The notes beneath the pieces are model-generated. The model saw nothing but the letters and a program-made list of their open reading frames with translations. It did no database searches and was not told where the DNA came from. A DNA stretch of 64,000 nucleotides from Strigamia acuminata (Eukaryota): positions 23,498,001-23,562,000 of the forward strand of contig OX442314.1 in NCBI GenBank assembly GCA_949358305.1, read 5' to 3'. Both the position numbers and the translations under genes were made by a program. Positions 39,726-52,095 of the stretch are shown piece after piece. Every line of letters starts with the position of its first letter. The first letter of the stretch is position 1.

Positions 39726-42103
39726 CTAAAACAATGTTTTGTACAACATTTCTGTACTAAATACAATCAGAGCAATTGCTATTCCTAAGCAAAGAGTAAA
39801 AAACAGTCCAACAACAGCAGGAATTTTAATAGCTGCGATTCTTCTTTTCGTACGGTCACAGTAGTCATTATGGTTTTCAGGATTACGATCACTATACAGT
39901 TTCTGGTTAACACCATTCTCCAATAAAATCTGAATACTAGTTGACAAATATTGATAAATTTAATGTAAAGTGCTTTGTAAGACTAGAATACAGTATACTT
40001 ACTATCTATTAAACAGTTGTTTGTATGTAAATTGCTTGTTAAATGTAAAACAAAAGTCAGATTCCATAAACACCTCATCCAAGAATCGAAACGAACAGTT
40101 CCTTTCTACTTCGGCTGCCAGAGTCAATTCTTCCATTAAATATGCTATTTTACGATTATATATCAAATATTTTCCTTCTCTATTAGAGTTTACCAATAAC
40201 TTCTCAGGATTACTACTGATCTTCTTGTATGCTCTGATGTACAGATCCTCTTTAGAATGCTACAAACACAAAACCTAATGAAATTAATCCACGCAAACTG
40301 GCATGTAATGCATTTTTAATTAGATAGTCATTAAAATATGGCCATACCTTCAATATCGCAACTATACTACTGGCTTTAAGTGTGGCCAAGTCATAGTTGG
40401 ATTCGTAAAGAAATTCACGAAAACTATTAAATGGTAATTTAAGTCGAGTCACGGCTAAAATCGATGTAAGACTTGAACAGTAGTTTATAAACAAAACGAT
40501 GCAGAAAGTGTGGAATACTACTAAACATATTCTTCCAGATAGACCATAAACCCGAACTGGAATACCTAAAAAACAAATCTATATTTTAATCTGCGGTGCG
40601 ATTATTTAATTTTTACCAGTGTAAAGTAGTATGTGTAAAGCACTTCTTGTATAATAATAAATTATTTGCAGGTTTTTGATTGCTTTTTTAGGCCGTCGTA
40701 GAACCTTGTTTTTCACAAAACTAATAATTGAGGACAACACTGCAAATAAAACTGTAAATCCCATAATGCAAATCCAAGAAAATGAAGAAAAAGGTTCCAA
40801 AATCTCTCTTGATTTCCCGCCTTGTTGTGGTACAGTAATTTTGCACGAACTCTGGTAATGTCTGCCGAATAGCTAATCAATGCAATTCTATCGCTGGTTT
40901 TTGTTAACGAAATTCCTATATCGCTTTCCTAAAATAAACTCATATTTGTAAGAATATAGAAAATAGTTAAATTGTAACTAAAATTACATTTCTGTATAAT
41001 TTTCCAACTATCCCAGACACGTGTGAACCATTTACCTTAGTTCCAAATAATTTATCGTGTGGAACATCCACGCTAGCACTATATGCAAAACAAAATAACT
41101 TAAGTTATTCGTTATGTTTAATGATTAAAAATGGGTAAATTACTTAAATGAAAATACGCTTTGAATGGTTTTTAATATTTCACCATGTAATCCTCTGATA
41201 GTAAGCTGTCTATTCTCGTTACGAATTGAAAAAATTGGATGAAACTGGTTGGGAAACAAAGTTCATTACCAGCACAATAAGTTTTACATTGAATGGCAAA
41301 TCAATATATTTACCGGTAATGATGTCAAGCGAAGCGCTCTTTCACTGTACGAAGGCAAAGGTACAGACAAACGTGAAAATTTTAAATCATCGTTCTTGGG
41401 ATCCCAATAGCCACTTTTTTGCGCCTTTATCACGTTTCCATTAGCCGAATACAAACGAAATACAAACCATACCTTGAAAACATAAAATTACTTGAATCAA
41501 AGCCACTTCAGCATTTAACTCCCAAAAGTACCTCGTGAGAATGTCCGACGTCCAGTACAAATAAAGCGATATCATGTGGAATGAAAAAGTTATAAAAATT
41601 TTCGAACTTTTCTTCTAATATTAACAACCAATTAGAAGGACTAAAGCTTAATTTTAATGCCTTTTCCACTATTCCAATAGCAGTATTCGGTTTGCTTATG
41701 ATCAACACAGTGCCGAAATTGTTCAGTTCGTTCAACTCAAATTCATTGACAGGTGCAACTCTGGCAGAAATCAGATGTTGCGACAAATATTTGGATAAAT
41801 AAACTTTTAAAAAAAAAATAATTAAAACTTTCGAAGCGTAATAAAAATAAAAATTCTCCTACCGAAATTATGATCATCCGTTAGCACGATAACTTTTGAC
41901 CATTGCAAAGTTTTCAAGAAACGAATTGAAAATTTTTCTACTAAAATTTTTTCCGTTGGTTTTGTCAACCCTAAAACGTTCAAACGTACAATTCGTTATT
42001 ACTACACAAACGCGATTTATCAGCATCAACACACACCAATATCTTCCTTACAAAGAACCGTAATAATGCAAACTGCAACTGTAGCATAAAATAATGCACC
42101 CAT
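39726..42103 (-). pseudogene. Tandem IR paralogue with a frameshift before M1
   Basis: Same exon structure and motifs as 36055-38681. At ~40801 AGA-TT-TTGGAACCT replaces the paralogue's AGA-TTTTTCTTTTAT-TTGGAACCT (10-nt deletion), giving a premature stop. Confidence 0.8.
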
Positions 42104-42635
42104 CTTTACACCATCGTTTTTCGGAGCCAATGAGCCCGGAATGGACCATGTCTAGTTATTTCTTCCCTTGTTTAAATTAAATATTCATAAGATGAAAAAG
42201 TATCGAACAAAACAAAGTGGATGTAAGTAGGCTTGCGGTCTAGCTTGATACCGTTTATGAAGAATGTTTACAGCGGTAACGTCAAATGAGTGAGTGAGTA
42301 ATTGAGCACATAATAAAATACTACTCCGTAATAAACTTCAGACTCGTCCAAAATCAACATTATTTTAGTAAGGCAATTTCCTTTATGTCACAGTTAAATT
42401 TTTATGTATCTACTCTAGATGGACAGTGTGATTTGACGCAAAATTTTATGGCGCATCATGGCCAATGCGCGTAAGCATGCACACACGAGTAAAGTTGACG
42501 CACTCGCATACTGTACGCCAAATTAGCGTAATGCAAATACGCAAACGTAATAGTTAAAGAAAATCATTAAAATTAAAAATAATAAAAATTGAGGAGGTAC
42601 TTGCGTGAGCATTACAAAGTCTCCGCCATGCTGTC

Positions 42636-42838
42636 TGTTGTGTACTTCCCTTTCTTAGATCAATGTGAATAGTTGACAGCCAATTGAGATGTATACTATT
42701 GTTTAAATACGATTACTTGTGTATCCATTGCAATGTGTAACAGAGAATTAGTGTTATTATGACATGATGAATAAACGGTGTATGTGAGATCGAGAGGCTC
42801 TTCTTATTTGGAATTCTATAATTTATTAGAACTTATCA
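42636..42838 (+). mobile_element. Solo LTR (203 bp)
   Basis: TGTTG...TATCA termini, internal AATAAA, exact 5-bp TSD CTGTC (42631-42635 and 42839-42843). Confidence 0.8.
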
Positions 42839-42882
42839 CTGTCATGACTAAAAATAAGTTCCATTTCAAGAAATATGCCTCA

Positions 42883-43265
42883 CTAATTGCTCCAATCATG
42901 AAGTTGCCAGGGTGAATACGGGTTACCAACTTGATTCACACGATGTGCCACATCCTGTGAGAAAAAAATCTTCTCAAAAAGTAAGTCTAAATAAAAAATC
43001 ACTCTTACAAAGTAAACTACTAGATTAACGGTGATAACCACAACAGAACTTTTGGACTCATTTCCGAATAATAACAGCCAGTCAGACGAACAGACTTTTT
43101 CTCTTTTGACCAGAAAGAGTAGAATTTCCTTCAATGCAGTTGAGAAAGAATTCACGTGTATGAGGACTGCCAGTTCATCACGGCACATCACCGCAGCTAG
43201 GTCGAAGCACAACACCGATCTGGAGCCAAGCAGCTGGAAATCTGGGCATGAGATTAATGGAGTAG
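42883..43265 (-). pseudogene. Probable relic of a third, more divergent IR gene (N-terminal exons)
   Basis: Phase-1 acceptor CTCACAG at 43266 as in IR exon 2. VLIHVNSFSTA...VCSSDWLLLF resembles VLIISKPNTA...YCPSNWLLIL. 54-nt GTAAGA...TTTCTCACAG intron at 43008-42955, then stops. Confidence 0.45.
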
Positions 43266-43302
43266 CTGTGAGCCAAAGAAGAATACCATTATTACAGAAA
43301 TA

Positions 43303-44653
43303 ATTCCGATTGTTTTTACCAGAATGTGCGTGGTTTAAGAACTAAGTGTGCTGAGTTTGTTATGGGTCTTACTGTGGTTTGCGCCGACGTTTATTGTTTA
43401 TCTGAAACTTGGTTTAACGATGAGATTTGTGAGGGCGATAACTTCACTAGTAAATTTAAGGTTTTCCGTAATGATCGCGATATTTCTTCTGGTCTTACCC
43501 GTGGTGGTGTCAATTCCATTATTAAATCCTATTGTCGTTTTGATTTGGAATATGGTTATCTTAGTCTGTGGGTTGAGTTGGGTTGTGGATCTAGACGGAT
43601 TTTGATTGGGTGTTGTTATATTCCTCCTCGTACTCCGACTTTGGTTCTACAGGCTTGCTTGGACTGTTGTCGTGAGTCCGTGGCATCTTTTTCTGGGGAT
43701 GTTATTCTGCTTGGGGATTTTAATCTCCCTGGCATTTATTGGTCTCCTTTTGATTTTGGGCGTGGCTCTGCGGTGGTTCGAGCTTCGGCCCTTTCCTTGA
43801 GTGATTTTTCTTGTTTCGCGGGTATCTCTCAATTTAACCATGTTTTGAATTGTCATGGTGATTTGTTAGATTTGATTTTTTCGAATTGCTCTGACCTGTG
43901 TGTTTCGCTTGCTGATGCTTGCCTCGTTTCTCCTGACAATTATCATCCGCCTTTGGCGTTTCGTTTATCTATTGTCGGTGCTCCGGTTGTGAGGGATGAC
44001 TATCTCTGCTTTAGAGCTGGGGATTATTACTCTCTTTATACTTTTTTGGCGGGTTATGACTGGTCTGCCTTTCTTCGCTGTTCTGATGTTGATGTTGGAG
44101 TTGGGATGTTGTCTAATGTTCTTGTGGATGCGGTTCGTCGTTTTATTCCGCGTAAGGTCCGAATGGACTCTAAGTTTCCTCCATGGTTTTCTTTGACCTA
44201 AGAGTTTTATTAAGGAATAAGCGTGTTTTCCATAAAAAATTCAAGCGTTATGGTCGTAGATGTGATTACTTTAGGTTTGCGGAATGTCGTAGGGGCGCTA
44301 AGGTTCGGATGAGGAGGGATCGTGAGGCATACTTTGGGGAGATTGCGGATTCTGTCCGCTATAATCCTAGGAATTTTTGGCGATTTGTTAAGCCCAGGTA
44401 TTGTGCTGCCCATTCGGACGTCGTTCTTGACGATGGAGGGGTCTTGACTGCTGGGGCGGCGGATTTAGGGAAGCTCTTTTGTCGCCATTTTGGGTCTATT
44501 GTGTCTGGTTGTCATGGTACTGTTGCTGTGGCCGAGTACCTTGGCTCTGGGATGGGGATAGAACAGTCTAGTGATTTTTTGATTACTGATCGTCTGGATG
44601 TTCCTGTTTTGTCTGGAATTGATGTTCGTGCGGCTTCGGTGAAGCTTCGTTCT
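43303..44653 (+). mobile_element. CR1/Jockey-group LINE ORF2 fragment (APE endonuclease plus linker; no RT)
   Basis: YQNVRGLRTK, LSETW, YIPP, LGDFN, LDLIF, DNYH, PPWF and NPRNFWRFV motifs; frameshift at ~44195; coding breaks off just before the expected RT. Confidence 0.9.
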
Positions 44654-44763
44654 TATTACCGTGACGTAAAAGATGTCATCTAAAATGGATTCGAAAGGTT
44701 CTAACATCTGACTGGTTCGGGGTTGGTTCTAAAAGGGTTGTTGCATTCAACATGACGGACGCC

Positions 44764-44979
44764 TGTTGTGTCCCCACTTAGGAAACTATTAATTGGATTG
44801 ATTGCTATTACGGATGGTGATACATTTGATTGTTAGAATTGTAATGATGTAATGAGCGAATTTGGTTACCTTGGAAACTATTAGTAAATAAATGAGTCGA
44901 CTGCCTAAATTCATGAGTGAATGTTGTGAAGTTTTGTTTGGGTCTCAAAATGGACTAAGAATGTATAAGAGATTCAACA
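44764..44979 (+). mobile_element. 5' LTR (216 bp) of plus-strand Ty3/gypsy element
   Basis: TGTTG...CAACA inverted termini, internal AATAAA, PBS one base downstream. Left boundary cannot be confirmed without the partner LTR. Confidence 0.7.
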
Positions 44980-44980
44980 C

Positions 44981-45000
44981 TGGTATCCACGATGGGATTC
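44981..45000 (+). promoter_or_regulatory. Primer-binding site
   Basis: TGGTATCCACGATGGGATTC: TGG pairs with tRNA CCA and GGGATTC with a T-arm GAAUCCC. Leu-type identity is an inference. Confidence 0.65.
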
Positions 45001-45176
45001 AGGACTCATGAGGTGTTTTTGATGTCTTTGAGTGGAAATTAAGTAAAGTAGATGACTTACTTTTTGGCGTGATTTTTGGGCCTGTTCCATCGGACTTAGC
45101 GCGCAGGGGCGAGTGTTTTCCAGCGGTGCAGATAAGTGTCGTTAATATTCGTGGCTAATTTGAGAGATATTCTGCC

Positions 45177-47509
45177 ATGGCACAGATGGTGCTTGGGGTT
45201 GTGCCCCCATTTACTGGAGTTTCCCTTCAAAACTGGACGTCTTGGAAAGAGACGTTCCAAGAGTTTATAACACTAAACGACATCAAAGAGGAGAAGAAAG
45301 TGCCGTTGCTGCTTACCGTCGTGGGAGTCCCCACCTATGAGAAGATGAAAAGGTTGGTGCAGCCGAAAATTTTGAGTAAAACACCATTGGACGACATCTT
45401 GACCGCCATGGATGGCTACTACGAATCGATCAACACGCCGTACGCGTCGAGACAGAAACTGGGTGCAAAAAAGCGCCAGAAAGGTGAATCGATTGAAAAG
45501 TATATTGCGGATTTACGTGTATTGGCCCAACAATGCGATTTTACGACGAAGGAAGAGACTGATAGTGCAGTTATTGACCAGGTGGTCCGCGGGGCCAGGA
45601 ATGCGCCGCTGGTCCGCGAGATATTGTTGGGAATGCCAATGACAGTCACGAAAATGACAAAATTGGCTGTGTCACATGAAATGGCACATTTGGCGTCAAC
45701 TGAAAGCGACGAGGTGCTGCCCATAACCGAGAGCGCCAAGTCCAAGACGGCGACAGTGATGCAGCTGGCGGCGGGCCGTGGCAGAGGAGGTTTCAGGGGA
45801 AAACCGGCGTATTCATCACAGGCGCCCGGGACCACAACTGGAGCGACGGCAGGAGCGGCGAGTTTTAGCGGCCAGCAACGTGGTAACACGCGGCGCCCAT
45901 GGCGAGGCAGCCAGGACGGTGGACGGGGACGCGGTGGCGCCCCGGTGGGCCGAGATGGACAAGCCATCAAGTGTTTCAGGTGTGGCGGTCCGCACTTTGT
46001 GCGTGACTGCCCTTTTGACCCAGTCTACGGGAGCCCAGCGGCACCGGCGGTCGCGACAGGCGCACGACCTGCGCCTGTGTGGAAGCGACGCCCACGGGAG
46101 CCAGAGACTGAATGTGGCCGTGCGGAATTCCCGCAAGAAGAAGAGTTGGGATTTCTAGGTGCTCGAGTTGATGAATACTGGAAACAACGGCGAGTACCAG
46201 TCAATGAAGTCCACGAGCAGGAAGAAGATTATGCTCTCTATCAACTGGCTACAAGGAAGAGTCGTGTACTGCCGCTGGTAATAACTTTATTAATTAACAC
46301 TTTTCTGTTCAAGTTACAATTAGACACGGGCAGCGAGTTGTCCATTCTCAACCTGCCTGACTGCAACGAGTGGTTGAAGCGGGGAGTGATCCAGCCAGAT
46401 GACATTCGCCCGTCGGCTGTGCAATTATTCGCGTACCAGCACCAGCCGGTCAAGGTGTTGGGCGTGGTGACAGTGCGAGCCGGTCTGGACAACGTGATTA
46501 AACCGGTAGATTTTATTTTGGTGGGTAGGAAGGGGCCCAGCTTAGTGGGTCGTGATTTTGTGCAATTGTTTGGATTGCACACTGTACTACGGGCGATTGA
46601 CCAACCGAGTGCACCAAATGACATGGTGATGAGAAATTTTGACGTGTCTGCAGTGAAGACTGCATTAGGGGGGTCGCCAGGGGCAGCTCCTCAGCTAAGT
46701 GAGAGTGGCTCGAGTCAGGGGTTGCAAGTGTTGTTACACCAGTACAAGGCGGTATTTGGAGAGAAGTTAGGAACTTATTCAGGCGACCCAATTGAGCTAA
46801 TATTGCGACGGGACGCGACCCCGAAATTTTATCGGCCACGTCCAGTGCCATTCCCGTTGCGTGCAGCGGTGGATAGGGAAATTGACCGACTAGTCGAGGA
46901 GGGAGTTTTTAAACCAATTGCCTACTCTTCATGGGGAACCCCGCTAGTCACTGTCAAGAAGAAGGACGGCAGCGTGAGATTGTGCGGGGATTACCGCTCG
47001 ACGGTGAATCCAAGTCTCCAGCCGGACCCTTATCCGTTGCCACGCATCTCGGACTTGTTAGCTTCAATAGGAAGAGCGCGTATTTTTAGTACCTTGGATT
47101 TGAAGCAGGCGTACTTGCAGGTACCACTTTCAGAGCGGTCAGCAATGATCGCAGCAGTGAACACTGTGAAAGGCCTTATGGCCGTGACCCGCCTGCCGTT
47201 TGGCACCATGCCTTCGGCGGGCATATTTCAGCGAACTATTGAGTTGGTTCTCCGTGGGATCAAGAAAATATATATATATCTTGATGACATTTTAATCGCA
47301 ACTTGGACCCTAGACGAGCACTTGGGGATCCTCGAGACCATTTTCACGCGATTGCTGGAAAAAGGGTTGAGGTTAGCACGTGAAAAGTGTGTATTTTGCA
47401 GAACGCGCCTGGATTTTCTTGGTTTTTCCATTGGGGAGGAGGGCGTGCGTCCAATTGTATCTCGAGTAGAGGCCATCGAGAAAATGCCACCCCCAGTGGA
47501 TGTGAAAGG
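45177..47509 (+). CDS. Ty3/gypsy single-frame Gag-Pol (Mag-like organisation), truncated at the end of RT
   Basis: Capsid-like N-terminus, RGG-rich tract, CFRCGGPHFVRDC knuckle, protease LDTGS, RT LCGDYR/LPFG/YLDD. Homology stops at PPPVDVKG, where a foreign LTR begins. Confidence 0.93.
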
Positions 47510-48688
47510 TGTTGCGTTCCTGATGGTTCCAATTGACTTTTCTCAACAACACTAAATTTATATTTAGTCACTATGGGATTTTTCCAATTGCAAGAGATCC
47601 CGGCGTTCACCTGTGGAAGCAGTTGAATGCCGTTTATAGGTCTTCTATCGGGTGGGTTAGCCGTTAAGTCGGTGTCTAGGGATTTGATCTCGAATAAGGG
47701 CTAATTTAGTTATTTTAAATCAAACAGTTAATCAATTTATTGAGCGTTAAGTACAGGTTCTATTGAAGAGAATGTTACTAAGATGGGTTCTATGAGGATA
47801 AGATCGTCGGCGTAGAAGGCGACGTGTTCGAAGCAGCGCGGGACTCCTTCGGGCGGGAAAAAGCAGTGCAGAAATGGCGACTCGTCGCCGCGCAAATTCT
47901 GCGAAGTGAGAAAGGAAGTGTGAAGCCGAAAGACTTCACAAAGAGTGTCGGCTGTTAAGCCTGACAAGACGGGAAATCTTGGGTTAAACCCTAGATTGCA
48001 ACGGGAGATTTCCGTTGGAGACAAGTAGTCAAACGGCGGGTACCGCCGATCGTTAAAACCTGACTGGAGATCCGCTGCAATCTGAATCGGAATCGTCGTC
48101 AACAGGTCGAGGAGCGGCGACGATGGCTCTGCAATCCTCGGCGGCTGGCTGGCGTCGATCTTCAACGGCGTGGGCGCGTTGGTCTTCGGGCGGCGGCGGG
48201 AACGACGGTGGTTTGGGCCGTCGTGCGTCGTCTTCGCGGCTCGGAAAGTGATTCGTTTGAACGTTGGTTCAAACAAATCGAGTTGAAACTTGGCAAAACT
48301 CACGAGTCACGGACAAAACAGTGTTTTTGGTTGTGAACAAAGCTGTGTCGGTGTGAACAGTATGAGTGTGATGCAAAGAGTGAGTAATAATTCGAATTAT
48401 TACCCGGAATATGGCCGGAAAACGGCCAGTGCGCAGGCGTGGCGTGTGCCAAGGCACGCTTCAGCCCTAGCAACGGTGCAAAATTTGGGGATTGTCTTAG
48501 CAACGCCCCAATCCAGGGCTCAAAATGCCAGGGCAGCCGTTACAGCTTCTGGGCCAATTGCCCAAAAGCGCAACAGGTGCCTGGCAAAAAACACAATTCT
48601 AATGATTATGGTTAAAATATAAATAATGTCTTAAAAACGTGGTAGAAAAACCTCTCCACAAATGAAGTGAACATTTGAGATCGCAACA
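47510..48688 (-). mobile_element. 3' LTR (1179 bp) of minus-strand Ty3/gypsy element
   Basis: 7-bp inverted termini TGTTGCG...CGCAACA; minus-strand polypurine tract directly upstream; minus-strand AATAAA near 47736; the boundary coincides with the break in the plus-strand RT. Confidence 0.88.
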
Positions 48689-48697
48689 CTTCCCCCC
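48689..48697 (-). promoter_or_regulatory. Polypurine tract
   Basis: Minus strand GGGGGGAAG immediately before the LTR TG. Confidence 0.8.
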
Positions 48698-48937
48698 AAT
48701 TAACTTTTACAATTTCTTGTTTGTTTTTTAGTTAATTACAACACGATAAAATTTCTTTCTAAGTTTGATATAATGATAAGTCGAATTTATTTTATATAAA
48801 AGAAAATACATGCATTAAGAAAAACATTGGCGATTAAATGATTAAATGAAAGGAATGTACATGAAAATAAACGTTTCTCGAAAAGACTTATTTTCGGAAA
48901 CAACCAGATTTGTTTCTGTTTTCTGGCCGCCATCGGC

Positions 48938-51613
48938 CTACTCGGGTGTTTTAGGTGAAGGTAAGTCTATTGACATCATGTCCGTCTCGTCGGACAACGG
49001 ATTTCCGCTCTCGTTAACGTTGATGAACGGTTGTCCCGTATTCGGCCCTGATGACAGGCCGGGGTTGACGTGTATCCAAACACTTCGGATGAGTCGAGAT
49101 AAGGCGTCATCTCCAAACGCCATTTCGTAAAATTCTTGCGGGTTGGACGGGCGTCGGCGAGCTCGGATCAGCCGTTGATGCAACATCCACGGCCTCTTCT
49201 TTCGTATCTTCCGCTCAAGCCAGTTGAAAACGTGGTGGCAAAGCTCCACGTTGTGTTTGAGCAAAATCCTCGTGTGCGGATGCATCTCGAGTCTTGGGTA
49301 AGTTCTTCGCAGCTTAATGTAGATTGGGCTGCTTTCTGGCTTCTTGGTTTCGGCAGCTCCGGCCGCCGATTGAATCTGCATCTTCGGATCGTCTTTTCCG
49401 GGCGAAGGTGTGGGTGCACGAATAGGTGAATGCACACTCCTTGGTGGTGTCGGCGGGTTGGGCGCCGCAGCTGGCTCGTCTGGACGTTTTACGTAACAAG
49501 ATCGGCCCCCGGGCCGGAGTACCAAAGCTCCGCGTGGTTTCGGTCGAGTTTTGGGTCGCGCCCCTAAATTGGTGTTTTCGACGTGCGTGAAAAACGTGGT
49601 TGAACTTGAGGTCGTAGCTCGACCTCGACTCGGTCCAGGTCTTGGATCGTCGAAATTTTCTATCTCCATGGCGACGTGACTGTTGGACGGTTCAGTCGTG
49701 GTTTGGGCAACAACATGGCTCTCGATTGCAGCTGCAGTTGGCGTGTAAGTGGCTTCTGGCATCTTTCTTTTAGACGTCTGATCCCTCGGCGGCATTCCTG
49801 CCGGTCGAATTGTTTTCAGTTCTTGCTGAAAAGTGATTTTGCGCATGTCCCACTCGCGTCGGAGACGAATGGCCGATGCGGCCGGATTTTCCCCAATGAC
49901 CGCAACTTGGCGCATCAATTCGCTGCACATGGTGGGCGGATCCAATTGGATGGACCGCCAACATTCCAGAAATTCAGGTTTAACGGCCATGGCGGCCGTT
50001 CTTAGGCACGTGGTGGCAGCGAAGCCTGGTCTCGGGCTGTCAAATACCCCGGGAAACAAAATTCTCCGATAACTCGGCACAAGCTGTCGCTGTAACTCAT
50101 TCAAACGTGGGTCGTCGGGTCCCGTCGGCTCCATTCGGTTCAGCAAGCCGGCGACACGACGACTACCTTTCAGACTCTCGGTGACTTGAGCTATTTGGTA
50201 TAAGTCCATGTCCGACAACTCAATCTCCTGAGTCTCCAACGGCGCTTCGCAGAACCCCTGCCACATGGCGTCGTAATGCTGATCGAATCCCTTTTTCAGA
50301 ACTTGGGATACCATTCCGAATTTTCTCGTGGGCAATCGAGGCTCTGGAAGACTCGGGTCTGGGTTTATCGAATCCATGTATTCTCTACACTCTACAGGAA
50401 TCGGCCCTTCGATTGGCCGGTGGTTCGCCTGGTCATTCGAATTTTGTGTGTTTGGAAGGCTTTTCCATTCACAGGCCGTGTTGTCGGCCATTGTTGGGGG
50501 CGAAATTCTGTAGCTTCGGTCTACGATGTGGACTTCCGCGGAACTTCCTTCCTCCAAGGCGGACACTGACGTTGGCGTGTTTAACATCAAAGTCTCATTA
50601 GATCCTATCGTTGGTTCTTCTGCATCAGGCGATTGGAAACAAGCATCCCAATCGGCTTGCTGTTGCTCCAACGCTGCTTTCTTGCGAAGGGTGACTTGCA
50701 TGGAATGCTCTTCGACTTCGCGATCCCATCGGCTAGGCAATTCGTCGTCCTTGGGCGGTGGTGGCATCAGGGCCAAGCGTTCGCGCTCCAACTTTTCACG
50801 GTTTTGTCGGCCTGCACGATGCTTGAGTCGGCCGTTGGCACGAAGCAAATCTGGTCTGGTTCCTGGGCGAGCGGCGTACGGATCCACTCCTCCAGGGTAT
50901 CTGCAAGCCGCGTCCCATCGTGAAACTCTGGCTTCCAAAACATTATCAACGGCTCTTGAAGCCGTATTGTGGTGATTGCCACAGGTCATCTTGGCACGTG
51001 GTTCGTTTGATGCAACTGAATTTGACCGCTCTCGCTTATCATTGCGTTCTTGGTCGTGATATGCGTCTCTTTGACGTTCCCAGTCACGGAATCGGGCACG
51101 AGCGTGGCCGAAATGTCCGGCCATTCCCAGAATGTGCATCTCGTATTGTGAACTGGCGAGATCTGCTAAATCGTAATGTTTATGTCGATCGGCCCACCAG
51201 GCCTGCTCTTCTTGTAGCTTTCGCATAACTTCATCCTTCCGGGCCTGGAGTTTCTCCCAGATGGCATCCAAATAATCGTTCCTTTTGGCATGGGCAATTC
51301 GGAAAAACCCGTAGAAGTCCGTGTCTTCCTCTGGCGTGGGAAAGAGCCAGCCAAAAAGCAATCTGGATCTCAACGGTGATGGCGGATCGATCCTTAGGTT
51401 CCAGGAAACGGGGTCGGCTACCATTAGCCGTCCACAAATTCGGCATCTACAGCCCCAATGTGCGGCGATGGCATTTGAGAACTCTTGTCTCACGTCTTCC
51501 CACGTCTGACCAAGTTGTCGTAAACGTCGGACCTCGGCGGATAATTCGCCTCTAAAGATTCCTGTTACCATGGGTACGTAATCTGGTAACGCATACGGCT
51601 GATTGATTGCCAT
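48938..51613 (-). CDS. 891-aa accessory protein of unknown function, LTR-proximal copy
   Basis: Uninterrupted 2676-nt ORF, sense to pol, between pol and the PPT; HxxCxCxxC motif, charged helical region, Pro/Thr-rich tracts; no signal peptide or TM visible. Confidence 0.8.
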   Translation of the reverse strand: MAINQPYALPDYVPMVTGIFRGELSAEVRRLRQLGQTWEDVRQEFSNAIAAHWGCRCRICGRLMVADPVSWNLRIDPPSPLRSRLLFGWLFPTPEEDTDFYGFFRIAHAKRNDYLDAIWEKLQARKDEVMRKLQEEQAWWADRHKHYDLADLASSQYEMHILGMAGHFGHARARFRDWERQRDAYHDQERNDKRERSNSVASNEPRAKMTCGNHHNTASRAVDNVLEARVSRWDAACRYPGGVDPYAARPGTRPDLLRANGRLKHRAGRQNREKLERERLALMPPPPKDDELPSRWDREVEEHSMQVTLRKKAALEQQQADWDACFQSPDAEEPTIGSNETLMLNTPTSVSALEEGSSAEVHIVDRSYRISPPTMADNTACEWKSLPNTQNSNDQANHRPIEGPIPVECREYMDSINPDPSLPEPRLPTRKFGMVSQVLKKGFDQHYDAMWQGFCEAPLETQEIELSDMDLYQIAQVTESLKGSRRVAGLLNRMEPTGPDDPRLNELQRQLVPSYRRILFPGVFDSPRPGFAATTCLRTAAMAVKPEFLECWRSIQLDPPTMCSELMRQVAVIGENPAASAIRLRREWDMRKITFQQELKTIRPAGMPPRDQTSKRKMPEATYTPTAAAIESHVVAQTTTEPSNSHVAMEIENFDDPRPGPSRGRATTSSSTTFFTHVENTNLGARPKTRPKPRGALVLRPGGRSCYVKRPDEPAAAPNPPTPPRSVHSPIRAPTPSPGKDDPKMQIQSAAGAAETKKPESSPIYIKLRRTYPRLEMHPHTRILLKHNVELCHHVFNWLERKIRKKRPWMLHQRLIRARRRPSNPQEFYEMAFGDDALSRLIRSVWIHVNPGLSSGPNTGQPFINVNESGNPLSDETDMMSIDLPSPKTPE

Positions 51614-51893
51614 TAATATCTACAGAAACGTTTGAAAGTTTTAATTATTAACTGGTGAATAATATTTTGTTTAAATATTTTTTAGCAAAAGGAAATTTGA
51701 GCGCGGTCGTCATGGCAACTCCCTCACAACGCTTACTAGCCGTCGGGCGAAGTCACATGATCATAAAAATGGCGTCATTTAAAATTTGTTAAGTGATTTT
51801 TCAAACTGACAAAGTTTTTCTTGAATTTTTTCGGCCTTTTTAGCCAACTTTCGTGATAGAAAAGTGGAACGTAACTACGTGAAATTCAACGAG

Positions 51894-52091
51894 CTATTCG
51901 TTTAAAATACTTTCAACACGATCTGACTCAGTTTTTACGAACTTTCGGTATTTTTCGAGCGTCCGTCGGGCTTGGTTGTAAATTCGTTTGTCAGCCGATT
52001 TCAGCATTTTAACGGCTTTTTTAATTTTTTCAATGGCGATATTCACCTGATTTTGCAGATCGAAATCTTCATTTAACATTTCGTCGGCCAT
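51894..52091 (-). CDS. Junction-derived N-truncated copy of the small accessory ORF (65 aa)
   Basis: The duplication junction supplies ATG GCC in frame with DEMLNEDF... Confidence 0.4.
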   Translation of the reverse strand: MADEMLNEDFDLQNQVNIAIEKIKKAVKMLKSADKRIYNQARRTLEKYRKFVKTESDRVESILNE

Positions 52092-52095
52092 CGGC

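Noticed and set aside
41972..42036. In-frame stops near the start of the second IR as a lesion
   Set aside because: They fall within a plausible 66-nt phase-1 GT-AG intron whose removal restores the frame.
47510..47555. C-terminal VAFLMVPIDFSQQH as part of the plus-strand Pol
   Set aside because: Read-through into the inserted LTR.
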